The notes beneath the pieces are model-generated. The model was not told the origin of the DNA. It made no database searches and saw only the letters and a program-made list of their open reading frames with translations. Both the position numbers and the translations under genes were made by a program. From a virus (lineage: Duplodnaviria; Caudoviricetes), in the IMG/VR virus record IMGVR_UViG_3300011116_000659, positions 1 to 54,029 of that record: DNA of 54,029 nucleotides; one strand, given 5' to 3'. Below, piece by piece: positions 1 to 9,295 of the stretch. Every line of letters starts with the position of its first letter. Position 1 is the stretch's first letter.

Positions 1-500
1 TCCCAAGCCGTGATGAAGACCTTGTTACCAAAGTCAGGGTGGATGAACCTGAGAGGCACAGCCTCCTGACCGGCAAGGATGACCGGCTGCCACGTCGTCC
101 ACTTCGTAACTTCCTCAGCCCACGTCTTACGGGCACTGGCCTTGGTGATGACCAGCTTGAAGTCACGGTGGTCGTAGGCCATGTACACCAGACCACAGAG
201 AGTCTTACCACCACCCGGAGGAATCCAGATAGAGGCACCATCCTTGTGCATGACATGGCGAAGGGCATTCAACTGGTAGGAACGCAGTACACTTGCCATG
301 TCCTGGCGAAAGACGGGGGCCGAAAGGGCTTCCGACGTGGCCGCCCGCCCGTGCGAAGCGTCGAGCGAGGGCGGCAGGACGAGGCCGGTAAGCGGTGCGT
401 AGTTGATGGGCACACGGTATCCGCCTTGCTTGTTCGCGTAGACACCAGGAATATCAATGTCCATCGGGGCATTGGTATTGATGAAGAGTGAACGGCTCAT
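1..500 (-). CDS. SNF2/SF2-type helicase, N-terminal part (truncated by window edge; not in ORF track)
   Basis: Manual translation from ATG at 500 (overlaps stop of 497..766): MSRSLFINT...LRSYQLNAL (Q motif)...IPPGGGKT (Walker A)...LVITKASARKTWAEEVTKW (motif Ia); frame open to position 1. Confidence 0.85.
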   Translation of the reverse strand, partial: MSRSLFINTNAPMDIDIPGVYANKQGGYRVPINYAPLTGLVLPPSLDASHGRAATSEALSAPVFRQDMASVLRSYQLNALRHVMHKDGASIWIPPGGGKTLCGLVYMAYDHRDFKLVITKASARKTWAEEVTKWTTWQPVILAGQEAVPLRFIHPDFGNKVFITAW

Positions 501-766
501 AGAATGGGCTCCTCAGAGGCAGGGCAAGGGAAGTACCACTTATTGTTCTCGTCCCGCACCTCAAGAAGGTGGGGGTTCACGATAGATTCAATCGGTCGAA
601 GTGTGGCAGTGAGGGTAGACTGAATCTTGATGTTGTCGTCTGGTGTTACCTCGACTACTCTAAAGATAGAGCTACCGAGCCGACAGATCGTACCCTCAGG
701 GAAGGCGAGGATAAGGTCCATCGTGCCATACTTATGAGATTTCTGTTGACTCTTGTTGTACTTCAC
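497..766 (-). CDS. Small protein, FPIG-motif family
   Basis: MDLILAFPEGTICRL; tightly packed with neighbours. Confidence 0.75.
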   Translation of the reverse strand: MKYNKSQQKSHKYGTMDLILAFPEGTICRLGSSIFRVVEVTPDDNIKIQSTLTATLRPIESIVNPHLLEVRDENNKWYFPCPASEEPIL

Positions 767-929
767 GGATTACTCCATTGCTTGACATTCTGGTGTAGCT
801 ATCCGGTCCGACCACGGTATCTGGATGGATTGGTTGTGTTCCAACTATCGTACGTATACCATCGGATGTGTACTCAACAGCATACGTATAGCAGGGGGTA
901 GAGATTGGTTCAGTCAATGTAGGCGTCAT
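732..929 (-). CDS. Hypothetical microprotein (65 aa)
   Basis: Overlapping chain of small minus-strand ORFs. Confidence 0.6.
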   Translation of the reverse strand: MTPTLTEPISTPCYTYAVEYTSDGIRTIVGTQPIHPDTVVGPDSYTRMSSNGVIREVQQESTEIS

Positions 930-1095
930 CTGTGTAGGTCTGCCAGAGTTCTGCGTTGTCAGTTACAACCATGTTACCATACACAATATCAACGGCTTCA
1001 TCAGACCCATACACCAGTGGCTCACTACTGACCATGAGTCCGGTGATAGCCCGGTGCTCAATCCCGCTAATGCACAGCTTATACTCAGTGGTCAT
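910..1095 (-). CDS. Hypothetical acidic microprotein (61 aa)
   Basis: ATGA overlap with upstream ORF; begins MTTEYKLC. Confidence 0.65.
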   Translation of the reverse strand: MTTEYKLCISGIEHRAITGLMVSSEPLVYGSDEAVDIVYGNMVVTDNAELWQTYTDDAYID

Positions 1096-1283
1096 TGAAT
1101 ATTCAGAAACCGGGTGTAGTGCTGAACCTTATCAGCATGCTTGATAGGAGGCACCGACTCATCACAAACGATTTTCACCTCTATATTAGTTCCACTGTAC
1201 TCTTGCCACAGTGGCACTCCAACGAGCGGCCCCCGTGGGTTCTCATACTCTATTGGACTTAGGTGGATGCAACGTTCAAACAT
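1092..1283 (-). CDS. Hypothetical microprotein
   Basis: MFERCIHL start overlaps end of primase-helicase. Confidence 0.6.
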   Translation of the reverse strand: MFERCIHLSPIEYENPRGPLVGVPLWQEYSGTNIEVKIVCDESVPPIKHADKVQHYTRFLNIQ

Positions 1284-4041
1284 CGAGCACCTCAACGGAT
1301 TCCTCGATAGTGATAGGCTCTACGGTCTGAGCCTTTGCGCGGATACCGAGCAGACTTTCCTTGTTCGCGCGCCAGAGACGGTCAGAGCTACCCGCCATCC
1401 GAGTCGGCCAGCGGTAGTCGTTGCCTTGATACCGTTCAAGCAGACCCCGGCGTGCCCAAGTAGCGGTGAGCGTGGTAGGGCTACCAGGGAATCCGGTATC
1501 TTTCAGGAACTTCTGAACGGCCGGAGCATTGAAGTACATTTCCGTCCAGTTATCTCCGCCATCCCACCTACCCAGCCAACCCCCCGTCGGGCCAGTGCCC
1601 CGGTTGTCAACCGTGTAGAAGTTATGACGGTGTGAGAGTGCCCAGGAGTAGAAGGCTGCGAAGGAACGGAGCGCCGGGTCTACCACACCCGACTGCTGGT
1701 CAATCTCAATGAGCGCGTCGGCCAACAGACGGCATACCTCCCCAGGGTCGAAGTCGGGATGGTCCACTCCGCTATCACGGAGCGTCTTCTTGATGAGAGA
1801 ACCGGCGAGGTCAATCACAGCGATATGCGAGGATACGCGGTCGGCAGCGGAATGCTTGCTACCCAAGTAAGTCAGCCACTTGTCACGACGCTTTGCCCAC
1901 TGACCACGTAGTACCTCGGAAGAATACCCGGTCATGGTCTGCACAACAGCCGGACCCAGCGTGCCATAGTTAGCATACATCGGGTCGGCAATCGGTGCAA
2001 CGATACGGCTCACCTCGCCACCCGTAAGCGCGTCGAATGGTGGCGCTTGGATAGACAGAAGCCGCGCACGGGCACCCCCGGACTGGCCCAAGCCATAGAT
2101 TGGCTCCTCACCCGTAGAGAACAGGACGAGGTTCCACTGACTTGATGCCTCCAGACCACCGGGCTTACCACGTCCACGCCCCTCACCGGACACGGCGCGG
2201 TAGATAGCCCACTCAAGAGCCTGAGTCAGCCTATCACCGGACTCACTCGCGGTCTTCGTGTCATCGAGGAACATAGGCAGGTGCCCAAGGAAGGCAGCCT
2301 TGCGCTCAAACCCTACCTTGGTGTTATCCCACGACGCCTCACAGTCGATAGGCTTGGCGAAGACGCTCTCAGCCATACGCATCGACGTGGTCTTACCAGT
2401 GCCAGTGCCCGAGGCCCACTCAAAGGCGAAGCTCTGACACCCTACCCGTTGCAGCAGAGGAGAGGCGACGGCGGCCATGATACCGACCACTGCCATCGGA
2501 TAGGCAAGCAACTTGTGGAACCCCTGGGCCCACCCGCCGAGGGTGCCCACGGACTGGTAAGAGCGCGCGAGCTTCGCCGTCCCGTCCGCCGGGGTCTGCA
2601 CAAGCTCACGCATCATACCATCGTCGCCGGCAATCCAGGTGTTACCCATGAGGAAGCTGTCACCGAACCAGCCCAGACGAGAAGCGGTCATCTGCACGGG
2701 GATACGGGCACGATTGTGAGACACAAACTCAGAGAAGAACCGGGTAAGCTCTTTCTTGTTACTCTCGTTCACGTCCAGCCCCATACGACCGGCGCGCTCC
2801 GTGAGCTTGTTCGCGGACCCACACTCATCCCGGCGCAGCACTACGCTGTGAGTACCATGGTGAGTGATGTGGGACCACTCGATCTTCCACCACTCATCGT
2901 GTGTCTCACCATCCTGGTACAGCTTCGTGACCAGCGGTGCCGTGAAGCTGATGACGCGGTACTTGTCCCCACCTGCCTCCTTACGCTTCTTCTTACTGCC
3001 GTCATTCTTCCCCTCCTCCTGGGCACTCTGGTTCAACGCGACCAGGGCGTGAGAGGTGGAGCGGAGATAAGGCACAGGGTAGATGAACTCACCGACACCG
3101 AGGGACTGCTTGACAGCCCACGTCATACCGGCAGGGTGATTGTGGTTGGCAGAGGTACAGGAGATATAGAGAACCCCCCGCACGAACCGTGCCCAGGCAG
3201 AGTAGCTACCCGAGGTATTCGCAGTATCCTTGTGTGGGCACTGACACCGTGCCTTACCAGGCTCAGAGGGCCGCGAGTAGGTGACGATATCTTCCGGGGT
3301 AATCTGACTGACCAGCGTGGTCTGCATAGGGTCGGCTTCCCATTCAATGAAGGAATCGCCAACCTCGGACTCTTCCGCCAGCGGGACAGACACCTTGGTA
3401 TTGAGGGTGCCCAACTCTTCGGGCACACCAGCCATAGCACCGGGCTCTACCTCAACGGAGGGAGCCGTGGGCACACGGAGCGCAGCCGTGTTGATGTAGT
3501 TGGACATACCAGGCACGGGGAGAACGTGCAGACGGCTCGGCTCACAGCACGTCTTATCAACGACCAGCCCTTCCGTGGGCATAGGCTTCCCCTTGCCGCC
3601 CCGATGCACAACAATCGTGCTCCCGAGTTCGGCGGCGATACCTTCCCACTCGTGCCCTACCTGAGAGATAGGGATAGGGGTAGCCAGGGGGATGACGACG
3701 CGGGCACGCACGGCGCCGGGACGGGACTGCCACGTCTCCCAGGCATAGTAGCCACAGCCCAGCGTATCAAAGGTATCCGTGATATCCTGGAACGTAGCGC
3801 CGTTCGACTCATCGACATCGAACACAATCGACGTGACCCGCGTGACAGACAGCGCGTCCAGCTTAGGGTGTGTGTCATCACACTCAGCGTATAGAGCACA
3901 CCAATGGGTGAGCTTCGTCGGCGCGGGCGTAGCTTCAAGCTTGGTGAGAAGACTCTGAATCGTCGTAGGCCATGTGACCACGACCTTCTTTGCATTGACG
4001 GTCGAGCGGTCGTAGACCCCATGCAACATATAGAACAGCAT
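1276..4041 (-). CDS. Primase-helicase (N-terminal primase-like domain, Zn-binding motif, DUF927/Cch-like helicase)
   Basis: IVFDVD, RARVVIPL and DKTCCEPSRL primase-like motifs; CQCPH Zn motif; SRLGW; Walker A SGTGTGKTT; LPMFLDD; GEGRGRG; FSTGE. Confidence 0.85.
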   Translation of the reverse strand: MLFYMLHGVYDRSTVNAKKVVVTWPTTIQSLLTKLEATPAPTKLTHWCALYAECDDTHPKLDALSVTRVTSIVFDVDESNGATFQDITDTFDTLGCGYYAWETWQSRPGAVRARVVIPLATPIPISQVGHEWEGIAAELGSTIVVHRGGKGKPMPTEGLVVDKTCCEPSRLHVLPVPGMSNYINTAALRVPTAPSVEVEPGAMAGVPEELGTLNTKVSVPLAEESEVGDSFIEWEADPMQTTLVSQITPEDIVTYSRPSEPGKARCQCPHKDTANTSGSYSAWARFVRGVLYISCTSANHNHPAGMTWAVKQSLGVGEFIYPVPYLRSTSHALVALNQSAQEEGKNDGSKKKRKEAGGDKYRVISFTAPLVTKLYQDGETHDEWWKIEWSHITHHGTHSVVLRRDECGSANKLTERAGRMGLDVNESNKKELTRFFSEFVSHNRARIPVQMTASRLGWFGDSFLMGNTWIAGDDGMMRELVQTPADGTAKLARSYQSVGTLGGWAQGFHKLLAYPMAVVGIMAAVASPLLQRVGCQSFAFEWASGTGTGKTTSMRMAESVFAKPIDCEASWDNTKVGFERKAAFLGHLPMFLDDTKTASESGDRLTQALEWAIYRAVSGEGRGRGKPGGLEASSQWNLVLFSTGEEPIYGLGQSGGARARLLSIQAPPFDALTGGEVSRIVAPIADPMYANYGTLGPAVVQTMTGYSSEVLRGQWAKRRDKWLTYLGSKHSAADRVSSHIAVIDLAGSLIKKTLRDSGVDHPDFDPGEVCRLLADALIEIDQQSGVVDPALRSFAAFYSWALSHRHNFYTVDNRGTGPTGGWLGRWDGGDNWTEMYFNAPAVQKFLKDTGFPGSPTTLTATWARRGLLERYQGNDYRWPTRMAGSSDRLWRANKESLLGIRAKAQTVEPITIEESVEVLDV

Positions 4042-4043
4042 GA

Positions 4044-4247
4044 CTATCCTGCGAGTTCATTGGTTCGCTTCACACGGGCATCGACGACGGAGTTGACAAC
4101 CTCCGCCAAGTCAGGGTGGTCCTTCACATGCTTGTCAATCAGTGTCTCAATGAGGGCAGACGGCTGCATACCTTGAAGGTGACACAGTGCCTCGAAAGCG
4201 TACTGAGTACGCTGGTCGGCTCGGTATGAGCGGTGGACAGTAGCCAT
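4044..4247 (-). CDS. Ribbon-helix-helix (CopG/Arc-like) DNA-binding protein
   Basis: HRSYRAD beta ribbon then helix-G-x-x-x-SALIETLI helix pattern; 67 aa. Confidence 0.6.
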   Translation of the reverse strand: MATVHRSYRADQRTQYAFEALCHLQGMQPSALIETLIDKHVKDHPDLAEVVNSVVDARVKRTNELAG

Positions 4248-4513
4248 TATTCCTTCTCCGTGATAAGTTCGATTTCGTGTGGAAACATGATGCGAAGTAG
4301 AACCTCTGAGTACTGGACCCGAATCCCATCAAGGATGTAAGACTCGACCACCCCTATCCACCCAGGGCGTACCTCACTATATGGGCAGCTTAGCACCCGT
4401 ACCTTAGCACCAATGGGAAAGGCGAGAATGAGGTCAAGTGATACCCCCGGCTCGATTTCCACCATATCCGCGGGACCGCTCCCGTGCCACGTCGGCACCG
4501 AAGGATTGCTCAT
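4247..4513 (-). CDS. Small protein, FPIG-motif family
   Basis: SLDLILAFPIGAKVRV...IGVVESY; start at 4513 gives ATGA coupling. Confidence 0.8.
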   Translation of the reverse strand: MSNPSVPTWHGSGPADMVEIEPGVSLDLILAFPIGAKVRVLSCPYSEVRPGWIGVVESYILDGIRVQYSEVLLRIMFPHEIELITEKE

Positions 4514-4746
4514 GGTACGTTCTCCTCTTCTGGACGGATGATACGAACGTTCGCTATTAGCATCCATGCCTGCCGGTGATTACTCTCACTATGGTCAAGC
4601 TTCACATGTAGTGCATAGCTTCCCGGGATAGGTTCTGAGTGACCGACGACAACCGCACTCCGCTCCATGCTCTCATGCCATACATGGGCACCTATGGGGT
4701 ACCGTAGGATGAGGTCGAACATGCTATTGATGTCACTCATAGTCAT
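4510..4746 (-). CDS. Small protein, FPIG-motif family
   Basis: MFDLILRYPIGAHVWHESM...VVVGH. Confidence 0.8.
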   Translation of the reverse strand: MTMSDINSMFDLILRYPIGAHVWHESMERSAVVVGHSEPIPGSYALHVKLDHSESNHRQAWMLIANVRIIRPEEENVP

Positions 4747-4933
4747 CTGCCGTTAGTAATACTGAGTAGTCTGTATATTTGAATGTCTCAGACTTGACTG
4801 TCTCATTCAACTTCTGGCCATAGGCGGCGAAGATAGTGAAGGTGATGTGACTCCGGATGACAGGATCAATCACATTATCTATCCCTACATAGCATAGCTC
4901 TGGCTCGCACTCTTCATTATCCGGCATCGTCAA
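4733..4933 (-). CDS. Hypothetical acidic microprotein
   Basis: Packed between neighbours; EECEPELCY near N terminus. Confidence 0.6.
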   Translation of the reverse strand: MTMPDNEECEPELCYVGIDNVIDPVIRSHITFTIFAAYGQKLNETVKSETFKYTDYSVLLTADDYE

Positions 4934-5081
4934 CTCCGACCATGGTGTCGTCTTCTATGAGCATGGTGCTAACATCCTGGTAACGGTCAATCGGATTATA
5001 GCCGAAGAACCAGTCGGTCATCGCCTCACCGTCATCAGCGTAGTTACGGTGCTCGATAAGATGGCACTCTTCGATGGTCAT
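4917..5081 (-). CDS. Hypothetical acidic microprotein (54 aa, not in ORF track)
   Basis: Manual translation MTIEECHLIEHRNYADDGEAMTDWFFGYNPIDRYQDVSTMLIEDDTMVGVDDAG; ATGA coupling to 5078..5293. Confidence 0.65.
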   Translation of the reverse strand: MTIEECHLIEHRNYADDGEAMTDWFFGYNPIDRYQDVSTMLIEDDTMVGVDDAG

Positions 5082-5293
5082 GGGTGCGTCTCAGTGACAA
5101 ACTCAAGCTGCACCCAGCGTACATTACTATGCCGCATCGAGAGTGCCGGGACATCACGACCACCCATCCGGACAGTCGTATGTCCGACCACGACATCCTT
5201 CTCATTGAGCATGGAGTGGTAGAGCCAGGTACCCACGGGGTACAGGAGTATGATGTCCATAAGGGACAACGTCTCACGTTCCTTGACAGTCAT
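5078..5293 (-). CDS. Small protein, FPIG-motif family
   Basis: LMDIILLYPVGTWLYHSM...VVVGH. Confidence 0.8.
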   Translation of the reverse strand: MTVKERETLSLMDIILLYPVGTWLYHSMLNEKDVVVGHTTVRMGGRDVPALSMRHSNVRWVQLEFVTETHP

Positions 5294-5487
5294 GATATCA
5301 CCTTGAGGTCATCTAACTGACCGTATGTGATCCGGATACGTCTATCAGTATGCAACGTAGACATGAGGAGGACAGGCAAGCCGAGCCGTGTGCTATACCC
5401 GATGACGGTCCGTGTCTCCCCCATGCTCTCATGATACACGACCGTACCAATAGGGAATCGAAGCATCAAGTCCATCATTGACATCAT
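5290..5487 (-). CDS. Small protein, FPIG-motif family
   Basis: MMDLMLRFPIGTVVYHESM...TVIGY. Confidence 0.8.
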   Translation of the reverse strand: MMSMMDLMLRFPIGTVVYHESMGETRTVIGYSTRLGLPVLLMSTLHTDRRIRITYGQLDDLKVIS

Positions 5488-5699
5488 GGCAGTACCTCAA
5501 TCTCATCAAGGCTTTCCCAGAAGGAATCTTGGATACCAGGACCATGTGAGATAATCAGACGCCAGTAGTTGTACACTTGTCCGTATCCCGCGACGGTGCC
5601 CTCGCTATGTCGCAAGTTCTTGAGACGGTTGTGCTTGACTCGGGCACCGATAGGAAACCGGAGCACCAAGTCAAGGGGTGGCTCTTTATTCAGAGACAT
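5484..5699 (-). CDS. Small protein, FPIG-motif family
   Basis: PPLDLVLRFPIGARVKH...GTVAGY; probable start MSLNKE at 5699. Confidence 0.8.
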   Translation of the reverse strand: MSLNKEPPLDLVLRFPIGARVKHNRLKNLRHSEGTVAGYGQVYNYWRLIISHGPGIQDSFWESLDEIEVLP

Positions 5700-5919
5700 T
5701 GGGATACACCATATCCATGCAGTATCCCATCGTGTACGTAACAGACACACCGTCCGCGGTGTATCCCTCAACAGAGGAATCCTGATAGCAGAGGTGAGAC
5801 GTTACCTCGACCCAGCCATTGAAGCAGTCACGCCACTTGGTACCAACAGGGAAGTGAAGCATCTGCTCCATAGGAGAGAGCGTCGAAGAGGGGAAAGTCT
5901 TATCGGACTGCTCGGGCAT
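5686..5919 (-). CDS. Small protein, FPIG-motif family
   Basis: PMEQMLHFPVGTKWRD. Confidence 0.7.
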   Translation of the reverse strand: MPEQSDKTFPSSTLSPMEQMLHFPVGTKWRDCFNGWVEVTSHLCYQDSSVEGYTADGVSVTYTMGYCMDMVYPNVSE

Positions 5920-5966
5920 AGTCTACTCCAGATTGAATGTACTTGGGTGATTGGACGACGACGTAC

Positions 5967-6191
5967 TCAGTGTTCATGTTTGGTATACCATATATTCTTC
6001 CTGTATTCATCATCCCCCCACACCTTGACGGGCGAGTTATATGGTAGCCGCATGATACTCATTGTCCCTGACTGAACGTATCCCATCTGGGAGTTACCAT
6101 AGTCACCTCTACCAGACACGACCATACTCCCCTGTGACGTACTGTCTACAGTCCAGTAGGTATCATCAGCGATGGCATACTCAGTCGCCAT
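5967..6191 (-). CDS. Hypothetical microprotein
   Basis: Probable start MATEYAI at 6191 overlapping the upstream stop. Confidence 0.6.
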   Translation of the reverse strand: MATEYAIADDTYWTVDSTSQGSMVVSGRGDYGNSQMGYVQSGTMSIMRLPYNSPVKVWGDDEYRKNIWYTKHEH

Positions 6192-6381
6192 CGTCCACCC
6201 CCTGTATCCCATGGGTAAACACCTGGATAGGGCTATCATCCATTGTGATGCCAGCCTCATGGGTCCAAACATTATTGTCTGTATCACTGTATCCATAGCC
6301 GCCACTACGCAGAAACCTGAGCCGTGCGTTGACCACATACTTAGGACTTACATATACATGTTCAGTGTGCTCATCGGTCAC
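6181..6381 (-). CDS. Hypothetical microprotein
   Basis: Start/stop overlap with both neighbours. Confidence 0.6.
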   Translation of the reverse strand: MTDEHTEHVYVSPKYVVNARLRFLRSGGYGYSDTDNNVWTHEAGITMDDSPIQVFTHGIQGVDDGD

Positions 6382-6587
6382 TTGAGCCCCCGACTTGGGA
6401 ATGGTGGCAGGCTAATGACAAGCCCAACAACTGAGTACACCTCTTCTGTTCTATACCTTGAATCACCATACACACCTACACCGTATACTTGTGCATAGTC
6501 ATTCGAGTTATAGAACCCGTCGAAGAGGCCCAGGCTATTAGTTGCCCAAGCCTCTTCAACATACTCAGTGTCCTTACGAGTGGACAC
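6378..6587 (-). CDS. Hypothetical Tyr/Gly-rich microprotein
   Basis: Start/stop overlap with both neighbours. Confidence 0.6.
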   Translation of the reverse strand: MSTRKDTEYVEEAWATNSLGLFDGFYNSNDYAQVYGVGVYGDSRYRTEEVYSVVGLVISLPPFPSRGLK

Positions 6588-6903
6588 TACCCTGCTTCTC
6601 CCACTCGGCGGCGGCGGGCTCAGTGCAGAACATCACAGCGGTGACATCCTGGAGCGTGATACGAAGGACCGCCGGACCGATGCGGGCTTCCCCGATGGGC
6701 CCACACGAGGCGAGCCCCATGAAGCCCTTGTTGTCACTGTTCCACGAGAGACAGTTACGGCAGCGGTACACCTTCATGGTACGCTTCTCATGGTCCGCCT
6801 CATCGATGTACCCGAAGAACACACCGCGGTGTGCCGTGCAGATAACGACGGGGACGTAACCAGTGGGGACGGTGACTTCGGGCTGAGACTCAAACTTGTT
6901 CAT
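6574..6903 (-). CDS. DUF6948-like small beta-barrel phage protein
   Basis: VVICTAHRGVFFG...RNCLSW...GFMGLASCGP pattern; probable start MNKFES at 6903. Confidence 0.7.
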   Translation of the reverse strand: MNKFESQPEVTVPTGYVPVVICTAHRGVFFGYIDEADHEKRTMKVYRCRNCLSWNSDNKGFMGLASCGPIGEARIGPAVLRITLQDVTAVMFCTEPAAAEWEKQGSVHS

Positions 6904-6904
6904 G

Positions 6905-7759
6905 TCAGTAGTTCCGTGAGAGAGGAAGGTCGTTGATGGATTCGATGTCGAAGGAGAACGTAGCGAGGTTGAAGATAACCTGAGCCGTACGATACCGCTC
7001 GGGCATAGCGGTACGCTCAGGGTCAATCAGAATGGCAGTGCCCTTGAATGATGGAATGTGGTCGAAGCCAGCCTCCTTGAAGAGAGGAAGAAGATAGGGA
7101 GAACGAGAGCTACGTGGGTCACGCGGTAGGTTACCGGTAAGTTGTTCGGTATCCAGCTTGTATGACCTACTGGAGGGAAGGAGAGGTACGGTACGGAACG
7201 TGTTCGGATTCTCTACCATATCAAGATAGGTGGCCACGTTGTACCTGAACACGGGGTTCGACGGAGACTTACCAGTCGGATAAGTAGTGTACGTCAGGCA
7301 GGGCTCTACTCCCCAATCCCGTGAACGCCGAGCGATATAGCTGATTTCGATGTAGCTCTTTGCCCTACCATAAGGACCCTCGTAATGGACCTTGAGGGCA
7401 GCGGACACACCCGCTTCCATACGGGAATAGAGCCCATACTTATAGATGCGCTGCTGCTCATCCGGCGTGCGCTTGGTAACACGGACCGGGGTGAACGGCT
7501 TCGCCTTCCGCCAAAGCTGCTCGTCACCATAGCCCAGACTCGCACCATCCTTATCCTTGCCGGTGATACGGGACAGGCAGCACACCCGTACCTTGGGGTC
7601 CATTTCCCAGAGCAGGCGGGAGCCGGCATACCCCGGGCAGTCGAGCATCACACGGCGCCCGTCAGACATGAGAGCGATACGATGGGTACCCTTACCCCCC
7701 TCCGTGAAAGAGCACGGGACCACGGCGATATCGACAATCTTGGCTTTGTTCTTACCCAT
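6905..7759 (-). CDS. Hypothetical protein (284 aa)
   Basis: Long ORF in operon orientation with tight packing. Confidence 0.75.
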   Translation of the reverse strand: MGKNKAKIVDIAVVPCSFTEGGKGTHRIALMSDGRRVMLDCPGYAGSRLLWEMDPKVRVCCLSRITGKDKDGASLGYGDEQLWRKAKPFTPVRVTKRTPDEQQRIYKYGLYSRMEAGVSAALKVHYEGPYGRAKSYIEISYIARRSRDWGVEPCLTYTTYPTGKSPSNPVFRYNVATYLDMVENPNTFRTVPLLPSSRSYKLDTEQLTGNLPRDPRSSRSPYLLPLFKEAGFDHIPSFKGTAILIDPERTAMPERYRTAQVIFNLATFSFDIESINDLPLSRNY

Positions 7760-7970
7760 GTTTGATTCCCCAGATTCCAGTGTTGTAGTAACTATGATTT
7801 GGACTCACGACATCCCACAACTCAAGTGGACACCCTTTGACATAGTAGACTCCTGTAGTCCAGTGAGACCTACCATATCTGCTTACGTTATGGGCGAAGG
7901 CTTCCATACCAACTTTGTATGGTGACACCTCTGGTATGTAGATCACACCACCTAGGCATACCTCTTTCAT
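7752..7970 (-). CDS. Hypothetical microprotein
   Basis: MKEVCL start with ATGA coupling. Confidence 0.6.
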   Translation of the reverse strand: MKEVCLGGVIYIPEVSPYKVGMEAFAHNVSRYGRSHWTTGVYYVKGCPLELWDVVSPNHSYYNTGIWGIKHG

Positions 7971-8167
7971 ACTATCCCCCACCCAGGACCAGGATAACTA
8001 CTCGGATTGAACGCCTCGTCCGTTGTGTTATCGGAAATGTCCACCCCGTCCAGGGCACCGTTCAGATACATATAACCGTATGCCTCTACCCCGTCACGAC
8101 CGAAGGTGCTCACTATGGTATCTCCTAATGAGGTACCATAGCTCAGTGGAAGGTGACACAGTTCCAT
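7967..8167 (-). CDS. Hypothetical acidic microprotein
   Basis: MELCHL start 1 nt after upstream stop. Confidence 0.6.
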   Translation of the reverse strand: MELCHLPLSYGTSLGDTIVSTFGRDGVEAYGYMYLNGALDGVDISDNTTDEAFNPSSYPGPGWGIV

Positions 8168-8168
8168 A

Positions 8169-9044
8169 TTAGAAGCGGAAGCCGGCGCTGTCGAACTGGC
8201 CCATGGTAGCGAGGAGGCACGCGGTCTGACACTGAGCCACGGCTGCCGTGATATCGGGGAGCGCCTGCCCGAGCGAGGTTTCATACTCCGAGAGACGGGC
8301 ACTCAGAGACTCCAGACGGGAGCGCATACCAGTCATGGCCCGGCTGTCAACGACACCGTTGCACCCGACCAGCTTATCCTGAATCTCCTTGGTAACGGCA
8401 GCCGCCTCAGCCCGGATGGAACTGATAGCAGCACGCACACTGTCATCGTCAACGTGAACGGTCATGATACCGATGTCCACCCCGGGCACAGCCTGAGAGA
8501 GCAGGGCCCGGATGGTACGAAGCTGGTCGATACGACCGGCGGGAATCCACCAGACACCGCCACGCTCGCGGAGACGGATACCATTGAGGGTGCCCATGAT
8601 ATCAGCAATCATGTCGGACACCTTGGTATTGTCCACCATACCACGCTCGCTGTCAATCTGCGCGTAGATACGACGGCGCTCGGCAGTCTCGTCCGTGACC
8701 GACTCATAGAACCGGATGTCAATCGACTCCGTGGTACGGGTCGCGTACAACTCGCACGTCAGGGTGTTGTCCCCGCCGATGTCACGGTACCCCTCACGGA
8801 TGGCGAGCACACCGTATCCACGGTGGCTACCCTTGAGAGACTCCACACGCTTCCCGTTACGACCACCGTACAGAGAGACGAGGGCCGCACGCATGGCGTC
8901 GAGCGTGCTCGTCTCAGACGGGAGGATGTGAGGTGGGAGCCCAGCCGCAGAGAGGAAGCCCTTGAGCATCTCACGCGGAGCATCACACGATGACCAGAAG
9001 ATGACGGCGCCAGAGGCAGAGACGGAGGTAGAGGTAGAAGACAT
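8169..9044 (-). CDS. Conserved phage protein, tentatively DUF3150/DUF6744-like
   Basis: GAVIFWS, GIRLRERGGVWWIP and C-terminal coiled coil; close to the AAA/vWA pair; probable start MSSTST at 9044. Confidence 0.6.
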   Translation of the reverse strand: MSSTSTSVSASGAVIFWSSCDAPREMLKGFLSAAGLPPHILPSETSTLDAMRAALVSLYGGRNGKRVESLKGSHRGYGVLAIREGYRDIGGDNTLTCELYATRTTESIDIRFYESVTDETAERRRIYAQIDSERGMVDNTKVSDMIADIMGTLNGIRLRERGGVWWIPAGRIDQLRTIRALLSQAVPGVDIGIMTVHVDDDSVRAAISSIRAEAAAVTKEIQDKLVGCNGVVDSRAMTGMRSRLESLSARLSEYETSLGQALPDITAAVAQCQTACLLATMGQFDSAGFRF

Positions 9045-9049
9045 GGTAG

Positions 9050-9295
9050 TTACTCCTTCACGATTGAGATATCTTTCACAATGCACTGACCAGGATTGGT
9101 CACAGTGCCTTCGATTCTGGTACGAATATCACCCCAATCATTCTCATAGTGGTACATAACGGTGCCCCGCATGGTGCCTCCGATGACCTCACCTACCATC
9201 GTGGATGCTACCTGCGTCCCCATTACCACAGTGCCCACGGGGGCCAGGAGATAGGCATCCACCACAGACGGGAGGTCAATGATATCGCGGCTCAT
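9050..9295 (-). CDS. Small protein, FPIG-motif family (divergent)
   Basis: VVDAYLLAPVGTVVMG...GEVIG. Confidence 0.65.
   Translation of the reverse strand: MSRDIIDLPSVVDAYLLAPVGTVVMGTQVASTMVGEVIGGTMRGTVMYHYENDWGDIRTRIEGTVTNPGQCIVKDISIVKE

Noticed and set aside
39-491. 150-aa + strand ORF
   Set aside because: Antisense shadow of the minus-strand helicase, which has clear motifs
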